Assembly: GCA_963575745.1 (NCBI GenBank)
Contig: CAUYUJ010000133.1
Location: 62,001 to 117,782, forward strand
From: Prorocentrum cordatum
Lineage: Eukaryota
DNA length: 55,782 nt
Direction: 5' to 3'
Part shown: positions 13,801-24,140 of the stretch, piece by piece
Layout: each line of letters begins with the position of its first letter
Numbering within the stretch: position 1 is the first letter of the stretch
Made by a program: the position numbers and the translations under genes
Notes under the pieces: generated by a model
Told to the model about the DNA's origin: nothing
What the model saw: only the letters and a program-made list of their open reading frames with translations
Databases searched by the model: none

Positions 13801-14655
13801 GCGCAACCGCAACAAACCCTCGTTTACATAGGATGTATATCGAATGCCACGACTCCGACAGCTTGATATTTGTATGCAGCACATGTGGTTGCACATGCCA
13901 GGGCTAGCGTGCCAAAGGCCTTTTAAAAGAGTGTGATGGTAAATGCAAGAGCTCCCACAACAGGAACAGTTGGCAGCGCATGTTTAAGAGACTGCACCCA
14001 GACCCCGCCAAACGCGACGCAAAGGTGCTAGACGAGCTTTTACCGCTCTCCAGCCTGTTCTCTTAGCTGCCTGTTCACGTGTGTGGCGGGCTTCGAACCC
14101 TCAGCGGTACAATCATAAGTGCTTCGCTTCTTTAAGAAAGTGAACCCCGACAGCCGCCAAAGGCGGTGCATAAGGGATAGATGAGCTTTAACCGCTCTCC
14201 AGTTTGTTCTAGTCCCGAACCCAGCGCTGAATCCGAGCCCAATCCAATCCTCCTCCACCTCCTCCTCCTCCACTGCCTCAATGTCCTCGGCCTCCTTCAC
14301 CCCTTTACTGTCCAGCCCGCGGGAGGTGCACTCCGTACACTCCTCCTCCACGGCGACGCGCGCCCCTGAGGCCCTGAGAGAGCAACAGAGCCACACCGGC
14401 GCACGGCCTGCTCAGAATACTACGGGAGGTAAGCCCAAGGGGAGATCCCCCCAGCGCCGCCACAGCCTGGAGGGTGAGCCCAAAGGAGAGCACCCACCTT
14501 CTCCAGCGTGGCCATACCCAGGGGGGATGAGCTCAAGTCGGGCCCGCCCCCTCCGCCTGGCGCCCGGCTGTCCCTTCGCAGAGCCTGAGGCACCCACACC
14601 GCAGCACCCGATTGCGCCTTCGTAGAGACCAAGGGGCCTATCTGTTTGTTGACCC
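7838..14655 (+). mobile_element. Full-length decayed non-LTR retrotransposon (LINE): Zn-finger ORF1, APE, RT, RNase H
   Basis: ORF1 from ATG 8000 (WLCATPRC...CKYC). APE motifs TINVNS, LLQETH, SGGVAILV, GGDFN, TIDFF, SPHRPV at 9340-9960. RT motifs DGFHP, LIPK, WDISNY, GIAAGCSFA, LIDDL at 10920-11800. RNase H AEHVA, KVAAH, GNDEADR at 12840-13290, then Cys-rich C-terminus. Many stops and frameshifts; flanked by (CCT)n on both sides. The 3' end is approximate. Confidence 0.9.
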
Positions 14656-15796
14656 CTCCTCCTCCTCCTCCTCCTCCTCCTTCTCCTTCTCCGACTCCTC
14701 CTCCTCCTCCTCCTCCTCCTTCTCCTCCTCCTCCTCCTCCTCCTCCTCCTCCTACTCATCCTCATCCTCATCCGCATCCACATCCTCCTCGTCCACCGCC
14801 TCCTGCTCCTCCTCCTCTTCCTCGTCGTCCTCCTGCTCCTCTTCATCCTCCCCCTCCTCTCCCGTCTCCTCCTCCTCCTCTTCCTCCTCCTCCTTTTCCT
14901 CCTCCTCCTCCTCCTTCTCATCATCAGCATCATCATCAGCATCATCATCATCAGCAGCATCAGCATCAGCATCAGAATCATCAGCATCAGCATCATCATC
15001 GCCATCGTCATCATCGTCATCGTCATCATCATCGTCATCACCATCACCAGCATCAGCATCAGCATCATGATCATCATAATCAAGATCATCATCAACATCA
15101 GCAGCATCAGCATCATCACCAGCATCGTCAGCATCATCATCATCAGCAGCAGCAGCCTCCTCCCCCTACTCCCCCTCCACCTCATCCTCTTCCTCCTCCT
15201 CCTCATCATCCTCCTCGTCCTCCTCCTCCTCTTCCTCCTCCGCCTCCTCCTCCTCATCATCAGCATCATCATCGCTATCATCATCAACGTCATCATCATC
15301 ATCAGCATCATCATCATCATCAGCATCATCATTATTGTTATCAGCATCATCATCATCATCATCAGCAGCATTAGCATCAGCATCAGCATCATCATCAGCA
15401 TCAGCAGCATCATCAGCATCATCATTGACAGCAGCAACAGTAACAGCAGTATCAGCATCAACTTCATCAGCATCACCATCATCATCAGCATCACCATCAG
15501 CGTCATCGTCATCACCAGCATCATCATCAGCATCGCCATCATCATCATCATCATCATCAGCATCATCATCATCATCAGCATCATCATCATCGTCAGCGCC
15601 ATCATCATCATCAGCATCAGCATCAGCATCAGCACCATCATCAGCATCATAAGTACCACAAGCAGCAGCATCATCAACCATGATCATCATCATCATCGTC
15701 ATCAGCATAAGCATCAGCACCAGCATCATCACAAGCATACAGCATCAGTATAATCAGCAGCATTATCAAAACCAGCATCATCATCAGCATCGTCAG

Positions 15797-15840
<44 letters not shown>

Positions 15841-15981
15841 GCATCGTCAACATCAGCATCATCATCAGCATCATCATCAGCAGCATCAGCATCAGTATCA
15901 TCAGCATCACCATCATCATCAGTATCAGCATCAGCATCAACATCATCACAGCATCATCATCCTCATCACCATCATCATCAT

Positions 15982-16051
<70 letters not shown>

Positions 16052-16455
16052 GTCATCATCGTCATCATCATCATCAGCATCAGCATCATCAGCAGCACCA
16101 TCAGCAGCAGCAGCCTCCCCCCCCCCTCCTCCTCCTCCTCCACCTCCTCCTCCTCCCTCCTTGTCATCCTCCTCCTCCTCCCTCCTCTCTCATCCTCCTC
16201 CTCCGCCTCCTCCCTCCTCCTCCCTCCTCCTCCTCCTCCTCCTCCCCTCCTCCTCCCCCACCTCTCCTCCTCCTCGTCCTCCTCCTCCTCCTGCTCCTCA
16301 TCCTTCCCCTCCTCCTCCTCCTCCTCCTGCTCCTCATCCTTCCTCCTCCTCCTCCTCCCCCTCCTCCTCGTTCCTCCTCCTCCTCCTCCTCCCCCCCACC
16401 TCCTCCTCCTCCTCCTCTCCTCTCCTCCTCCTCCTCCTCCTCCTCCTCCTCCTCC
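14652..16455. repeat. Compound (CCT)n/(CAT)n/(CAG)n microsatellite
   Basis: Directly visible; source of the spurious poly-M/S/I/H ORFs. Confidence 0.97.
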
Positions 16456-19128
16456 ACCACCGCACCCGACTGCCCCCATCGCAGAGCCCGAAGGACCCCA
16501 CCCCCCTCCCCGCGGCGCCCGAGGAACACCTCGCGGAGCTCACGAGCGTTGGTCCTTTCGAAGAGCCCACGATAATCCCCCCCCTCCCCCCTCCCCCCCC
16601 CGGGCGCCCGACCGTCCCCTCGCAGAGACCAAAAAGAGCCCCCCGCGGCACCAGACCGCCCCCCCCAGGAGCACTTCAGCGCAACCACACGTCCATCTCC
16701 GACTCTCCTGCTCGTCCGTGGCTTCCTCTCCTCCCTCTCTTCTCCGCCTCCAGCCCCTCCTCCTCTTCCCAGTACTCTCCCTCCTCCTCCTCCTCCTTCT
16801 CCTCCACTGCCACATGCTTCTCCTCCTCCTCCTCCTCCTTCTCCTGCTCGGCACGTTCGTTCCCACTCTACTTCGCCTCATCCTCTTTCCTGCTATTCCT
16901 CCTCCTTTCCCGCTTCCTCTTCGTGCCTTTTCTCCACCTCCTCCCCCTCGTCACATGGCAACGCAGGTGGGCGGAAGCAAGTACGACCCTACTCTTCAAA
17001 GCAAACGTGGCAACGCAGGAGGGGTGAAAACAAGTACAAGTATACAAGAGGGCCAGAAAAATCCCGCTTGCCCTCTGGGCGTACACGGGTGCTTTAGCGA
17101 ATTCGTTTTTGCAGCTCCTTTCTTCCCATTCGGGCAAGGGCTCAACAGAGATCTGGCGATTCCCAAACCAAACGGGCGTTCCTTCCTGGTGGCTTTTGCC
17201 GCACACTCGTCGACGTGCGTTCGTCCACGGGCGTTCCTCAGCATGGTGGCTCATCTTGCGTATGAGGGCTGCGCAAAAATTTAGGCGGCGCCGCTATCCG
17301 GAAGCTCCGACTGAGACCGTACGTGGAGCTCCCTACACCCCTCAGGACAAGTAGTGCAATGTTTGCAGGTCGTGTCGAAGAATCGTACGGGGGACTGACC
17401 TGGGGGTAGTGTTTAATCCCCGGCGCGTTTCTGACGGCCCTGGGGCAAAGCTACGAAGAGCGCAGGCGACAAAAACCAACGGATCGACCACTAAGATTGC
17501 ACCATCTTTCCAGGACAGTGCATGGGGGCACACAGCGCGTGAGGGGCGTGCCAGAATGGACCTGCGGAGAGCGCCCGCGGCAGGGACGAGGAGGAGGGCG
17601 GGGAGGGGAGGGGGCGAGCAGGAGGCAGGAGGTGCTCTCGCCACTGCCCCTCCACCTGTTTTAACAACACCTGGCTGGTGCTTCACACTCTTTTGCTTAG
17701 AGCGCCTGCACCCGTCCGCGTGTGCGAGCGCCCTGACGCTGCGGGCGAATCCATCGCGGTGCGGATGAGGCCGTCCGCCCGTGCACGCCCGTGCGCGGGC
17801 GCCCCGGCGACGCGTGCGGGGGCGGCGCCACCGGGGCCTCCGGTGGAGCGCCCTATATGGGGCCGCGAAGCGCGCGAGGGGCGTGCCGACATGGGCGGCT
17901 GGGGCGCACGCGGGCGGCGCCACGGGGGCGAAGGCGCTGAAGTAATGAGACGGGGTTCCCGCCCGCCCCCTCGAGAGGAAGGAGGAGGGAACGGCGCTGG
18001 TGGGCGGAAGCAGGAGGGCGCCTGAAGCAGATCGAGGTCCGGGAACGAAGAGACACCCGCGTTCAACGACCGGTGGGCAGGGGCGAGGTCGCCAAGGCTG
18101 CCTTGCTGGGGCTGCCGGTCTCGAGCGTCAAGTGTAAAGAAGCCCCCGCCCGCGGGCGCCTACGCTGTGTAGGCGAGAAGCCCGCCGCAGGCGCCGACCC
18201 TTTTTCAAAACAGCGCACGGCAAGTTCGTGTCGTGCCGACCCCACCGATGGCTCCTGACATCACGGTGATCGTTCCAGCGTGAACGATCGGCGGTTTACT
18301 GAAACGTCAGATCATTCAACAGCGACCGATTCTAGGTCGCCGGCGGCGCTTGACGTTGAACGCCCGCGACGGGGTCGCCGCCCGTCGACACGACGCGAAC
18401 CTACCGCGGGAACTTTCTGCGGCAACTCATGGGCGCCTCCCATACCATCCTGCGGGCTCTTGCGAACCGACGTTAGTCGACGCCAGTTGACACTAATCAG
18501 CGTCAAACCGACGCCAATCGACTCTCATCGATGCTAAGTCAGCGCCATCTCATGACGCTGCGCACTTGAGTGCAATTACGAAGTTGTACAAGGCTCCCGC
18601 GCATTCCTGCCGACGGAAGAACAGTTTCCCAACTTCGCGCGTCGCGCCCCGCGACGCGCGACGCGCGGTGATCTTCGCGCCCTCGCGCCCCCGCGCCGCG
18701 CCCCTGGAGAGGGGCGGCTCTCCCACCCGAGCAGCCGCGACGCGCGAGGCGCCCTCGGCCTCCGCGCCTCCCCGGGGTGACCCGGGAGAGGCTTCGAGGA
18801 ACAAGCAGGAGGGGCAACCGAGGGGCCCGTTTTCCACCACCACCACCAGAAGCTGGAGGGGGAGGGGGTCCTCCTCCTCCTCCTCCTCCTCCTCCTCCTC
18901 GTTCTCCTCCTCGTCCTCCACCTTCCCCCCTCCAACTTATGGTGGTGGTGGTGGACAACAGGCCCATCAGCAACGTCAGGGGTGGAAGGGCATTATGAAT
19001 CCGCACCTTCCTGGGCGGGGCGGAGCTATCGGGCCCCTATCGGCGATCCATGGGCGATTGGAAGTGGATGCATCCCCCCCTACGCCGATACCCACTTTTC
19101 GCTGCCCCTGAAAGCACTGGCATGAATA

Positions 19129-19282
19129 GGTGACCACATGCGAACCCCACCCCCACGCCCCACGAGCTCTGAGGGGGCTGGGGGCTCGTTCCGCTCGGGA
19201 GCTCCCGAACGAGGTGGACCCCCACCCCCCACCCCCCATAGAAATCGCGGGGGGGGGGGGGTAGGGCTCACATGTGGTCACC
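19129..19282. mobile_element. Small TIR element (MITE-like)
   Basis: GGTGACCACATGCGAACCC ... GGGCTCACATGTGGTCACC inverted repeat (17/19). Confidence 0.55.
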
Positions 19283-19780
19283 GAAGAAGCAGAAACTTCG
19301 CAGGTCTGCGCAGACTTCTTGGATCGGCACGGGAGCCCCCTGGCGGCGCTTCCGGCGCCGCCCCTGGCGCTCCGCGCGCCAGAGAGGGGGGCCCAGCGCC
19401 GATCCAAGAGATTCGCGCGGACCTCCGAAAGCTTGGTTCCGGACGAAATGCAAGGGAGGGATGGGTGGAGAGCGCGCAGCGGTCGGGCGTGTCAAGTGGC
19501 TCTCGTCCTTGACGTTGGAGCCGACACCGAAACCGAAACCGAACGAAATCGACTGATCGAAGAGGCAGCCTAGAAGGGCGTAGCGACGCGGCAGCGACAC
19601 GATAGCCAACCGAACCGAACAGACCGAACAACACCGCATGCGAACCGCGGCCGAAGCGGCCGAACCGTGAGCACCCTCGGAGAAGGAGCGTGGGGGGCGA
19701 GGAGGAGCGCGCCTGGCAGACGTGTGCAGCTGAAAGTTCACAAACGGTAGCGAATGAGAAGAATAGAATGGGGAGAAAAG

Positions 19781-19932
19781 AGCGCGTTCCACTAGCGAGT
19801 TTACTCGCAAAGAGCCTGCTCACAAACGTCCGGAAAAAACAGATATCTTCCGCAACGTAATGGATCGAAAATCCCCCGCGGCGGATCCAGGCCATTTGCG
19901 AGTAGTCACTTTTGCGAGTAGTGGAACGCGCT
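19781..19932. mobile_element. Small TIR element (MITE-like)
   Basis: AGCGCGTTCCACTA / TAGTGGAACGCGCT is a perfect 14-bp inverted repeat, with internal TACTCGCAAA / TTTGCGAGTA pairs. Confidence 0.5.
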
Positions 19933-20567
19933 TGTCTATGGATGCTCGTCCAGGTGGACTTCTGCTTCCCCTTGTTGGCACGGTGGTCCAGGTGGAACGC
20001 TCGTCCAGGTGGAACGCGTGGCAGACGGTGCAGCTGAGTTCACAGACGATGAAGAGCAAAGGGGAGAAACTGTACAACGAGAAGGCGAACGATGAGAAGA
20101 GAAATCTGGAGAGACTTACAAATGATAACCATGTAGTAAAAACGATTAAGACGATTTGAGACTGCACTTCGCCCACTTCGCCGCTCACGGCGAACTCGTC
20201 CGAAGGCAGCAAGCCGCACCAAAAGCAATCAACGAACACAAAAACACATGCCGTACCCGGAAAGCGCGGCGCCCGACCCAGGAGACCGGGCCGAACCCAG
20301 GAAGGCGCTGGCGGTAGCTCTCCAAGCTGCCCCGTCTGCGGCAAAACGGTTTCGCGGTTTTGAGCGAAACGGTTTCTCGGGTTCGCGAGCGACCGATTTC
20401 CAGGACTGGGGATGCGCTTCTCGGGTTCGGAGTTCGACTCCCCGCCGCGCACCCTAGCATGAGATGCACCACCACCCCCCCTGTGTGGCGTCCCGGCTCC
20501 CTTTTCGAGGTCTAGACGGCTCCATGACGGTCCAGGGCTGTTCCAAAACGCTGCAAGATGCCGGATT

Positions 20568-20738
20568 GCTAGCCTTAGGTCGGGCACGTCCCCCTACAGG
20601 CGGATTTTGGGCGAAAATAAAGAATGCTCAAAAATGCCCCTAAAATATTAAAAATAGTAAAAAATCGTCCCCAGACTATTGTTTTTACTATGTTTGAATA
20701 TTCCCCCTGTAGAGGGACGGGCCCGACTTAAGGCTAGC
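20568..20738. mobile_element. Foldback MITE with ~33-bp TIRs and AT-rich core
   Basis: GCTAGCCTTAGGTCGGGCACGTCCCCTACAGGG vs CCCTGTAGAGGGACGGGCCCGACTTAAGGCTAGC (2 mismatches, 1 indel); inner ATAGTAAAAA/TTTTTACTAT. Confidence 0.7.
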
Positions 20739-21799
20739 CCAGGAAAGCCCGCCGATCCCCTAGAGGCTCCGAGATGCCCCCGAGGTGACGTCAGAGGCCC
20801 CGAGGGATGCCCAAAAGGACCCCCAAAGAAGCCTCCAGCGAGACCCGAGAAGGCAGAAACCTGTACAGCCATCGTGCTGCCACATGGAACTCAAGGGGCC
20901 GTAGGACACACACACACACACACACCAAAAAGAAAGTACACACAAATGACAGGATGTTTGGGGAGGCCTCTTTTTGGCAACGCGCCGCCTCAGGTTTGGA
21001 AAGTGAAGCTCAAACCAACTCGATGGTGACGGCCCCAGGGGCCTGGCAAGAGCCCCACCTGCGAGACTTTGACCTCCCCCCGCACTAGCGTCGGACGGAC
21101 GGGCTCCTCACCCGCCGTCCGTGCTGGCACCAGGGAGGCTAGCAGCTCGCAGCGCAACGGGTGACCCGAGAGGGTCACCCGTTACGGCGGGGACACCGCA
21201 CACACCAGGGCCGCCCAGGGCCCGTCTTTAAGCGGGAAAAGCCCTCCAGGGCCAACCAGAGAGCCTGACCTACAAGGTGGCAGCCAGGGGTCGGATGGAG
21301 GGCCGCTTGAGCCGCACACCTACGGAACCGAACGGCGGCGCTCCCAAGGGACCCAAACATCACGCCAACTCCGGAGGTTTGTATTTCATGTTTCGGGAGG
21401 CCTCTTTTTGGCAACGCGCCGCCACAAGTTTGGAAAATGAGGCTCACGCCAACTCGATGGCGACGGCCGCAGGGGCCTGGCAAGAGCCCCCACCTGCGAG
21501 ACTCTGACCTCCCCCCCCACCAGCGTCGGACGGACGGGCTCCTCACCCGCCATCCGTGCTGGCACCAGGGAGGCTAGCAGCTCGCAGCGCAACGGGTGAC
21601 CCGAGCGGGTTACCCGTTACGGCGGGGATACCGCACACACCAGGGCCCGTCTTTAAGCGGGAAAAACCCTCCAGGGCCAACCAGAGAACATTCCACGTTT
21701 CCCTTTCATGGCTTGCCGGCACTTCTACTGTAAATCTCACAACGCTTCACACTGTGCCTACGCAGGGCAGCGTCAGAACTGACTATTTGGGGAGCTTGG

Positions 21800-22420
21800 C
21801 AAAAGCGAGAAGGCAACGGTATCAGCCACCGTTTGCAAAAGACATTCCCGCTATCTTTGTGCCACTCCAGCTGCCCTGCTGAAAAATATATTCCACATTC
21901 TTATGCTGAGTGAAATGAGCGCTCGGCCCACCTGCGCGGAGGCTACACATCGTGAAACTTTAGTAGCTCAAACAAGCACAACAGCAAGGCTGTATAATCC
22001 TTGCTTGGGGCGCACTCATCTCACATGTCAAGTCCTCTGGATCATGAGCCAGACGTCGAGCTTTCCAGACCTTAGACGGTCTTTTCAGTGGACAACAAAT
22101 TCTGAGAAGCTCGCTCTGAGACTCATATTCGACGCTTCGATATGGATGATGGTTTTGTCCTCTGTTAAAAGCACCTGCTGTCGACGCAGCGCCAGCAGCT
22201 CGCCAGTCTGCATGAAAGTGTCGAACCCGACCCAAAAAACTGTAGCAAGGGTCCACTGGCAGCTGCCATGGCCAGGTTTATCTGTTGCGGCGCAGGAGTA
22301 GCCCGGCACGGCGTGCATCGCGTCTCCCAGGTCCTGATCAGGCCCCAACTGTGCTGCAGGTGTGCCCTCAGAGGTGGCATGAACAAATGCAGCGCAATAC
22401 AAGTATTGACCACCGAGTAC
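21800..22420 (-). pseudogene. Tyrosine recombinase remnant of the DIRS element
   Basis: TWE....CRATP followed by box-I-like GFDTFMQTGELLAL (catalytic Arg position reads Gln). Expected position just before repeat B1; heavily decayed. Confidence 0.6.
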
Positions 22421-23149
22421 AGAGTCCCCAGCCCTGTCAGCAGGCCTAGGTACTCATTGAGTTAAGGTCGGCCTCATGCAAGGATACTAGACGAACATCA
22501 TGCGCTCTTCACCAAGCACATACACGCCCAGACCAGCGCACGCACCGTTAGCCAGCGGGCCCAATGAGCTACGGGTCTCGCAAAACATATCACGAGAAGG
22601 ATAGTCACTCGGGTTCAGCTTGGCGTCGATGCGTCCGATGCCCACGCACAAATCCAGGCTCGCAACAATGGCAGCGCACTGCTCGGCCAGGCCGCGCAAC
22701 TCCCCAGAAAATATACGCCGTCTCGTAAGGGCCGAGGCCGCGACGCGAGAGCCGGCCAGATGAAGGGCCTCGACGCCCCTGAAGGTCGCGGCCCGAGCAC
22801 GGCGTTGCAGCGAGGCGCTGACCGCCTACAGCTCCAGCGCGTTGATATGCGGGCCCCGAGCTGTCTTGGGCCAGGGGGGGAACAGGGTTGGACGCGACCC
22901 CCAAAGCACTGGGTCGAACGAAACGCGAGGCCAAGCCTTCTGCAAGAGAGGGCACGCCGACGTCGAGGCGGAAGCTGCTCCCAGACTTCTCGGCGATAGT
23001 ACAGAAAATCTGCACGAACTCTTGGCCCAGCGCGGACTCACGGACGGGGTCCTTTGAGGACTTCACGTCCCCAGCCGGTCCCCCACCTTCGAGCTCAGCG
23101 TGGTCCGCCGCAGATCGGCTTCGCGCGCAGCCCCGCCACGCTCGCGCCT

Positions 23150-24140
23150 GAGCGCCTGGGAAAGCAAGCTCACCGCGCCGCAGGCGACAGCGTTCCCAAC
23201 GAGGCTGCAGCGCCCGGACTCAACGGCGGCGCGGCTAGAGCCCGAACTGGCGACCGAAAGGGTGCAATACCTGGGGAAGCCCCTCGGGGCCTCTCTCACT
23301 GTGGCCCGCAAAAGTCTTGGCTCTCCGCTGGGCCCGTAATCATGTCCAGGAGCTCATGCGGATAGGGGGGATATGCATGTCGACATTGGGACCACCTCCG
23401 AATAGCCTCTGAGCTAGCAGAGCCCAGGCCCGCATGCTTGTAGGGGGCCCTCTTCTCCTGTCGTCGAAGTAGAGCAGCGCGCGCTGGCCCTTCTGACGTG
23501 GCTCGCGAGCAGCCCGCAGACACCCGAGAAGTCGCCGAGGCCATGGGGGCCTGAATGGACTTGATGAGGTCGTAGCGTTGCGCGCCCCTCCCCCCCCTGC
23601 ATCCGCGGGGCCTTGAGGATTGCCTTCCGCCGCGAGCGCCGCCAGAGGCGCGGCCGACGGTTCTCGGCAGACAGGGAGCTGCATATACTAAGGGGCACCT
23701 GCTGGAGGATTCGATTGAGCCTCTGGAAGGGCTCAGCGCTCATGGAGACAACATTTTCCCAGATCCAGTGCGCGGGCACTTGCGTCGCCTGGGTCAACGC
23801 GCGCCCTATCTCGGGAACGCGCGCGACTGGGCCCCTCCGATCGCTGCGAGCCCCGCGCCGATCTGCGTTGATTACGCTGACCTCGCGGCAAGTGCTGCCT
23901 CCAGCGACAGTCGAAGCTTCGATGCGACCCTGGAACAAGGTCAAGGCCTCAAGCTGCTCCACCGGGATCTCTTCCATTGGTTTCAGATCGATAAATGAGG
24001 GGCCAGCGCGATCGTAGCACGCGTCTAGCTCCTTGTCAACCCCACTGCTCACGCAGCCGTCGACGGTGACCCCTGCACGCACCAGAGAGACCACCGGGCC
24101 GCCTATCCCGTCAAACAGGCTGACCAGCAGCACGCGCGGC
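23150..24140 (-). pseudogene. DNMT3-like C5-cytosine methyltransferase domain of the DIRS element (frameshifted)
   Basis: Motif I VSLFDGIGG, motif IV GGSTC (normally GGSPC), motif VI WENV, motif VIII RRPRLW, and motif X LVGNAV in another frame. Confidence 0.85.

Noticed and set aside
14412..17284. Long ORFs of poly-M/S/I/H/P (also 30051-31111 and 36288-38654)
   Set aside because: Translations of trinucleotide microsatellites.
16700..20950. Rep/helicase, transposase or TnpB/Fanzor ORF inside the Helitron2-like insertion
   Set aside because: No recognisable HUH, helicase or RuvC motifs in the listed ORFs. A translated HMM search is needed to exclude decayed remnants.
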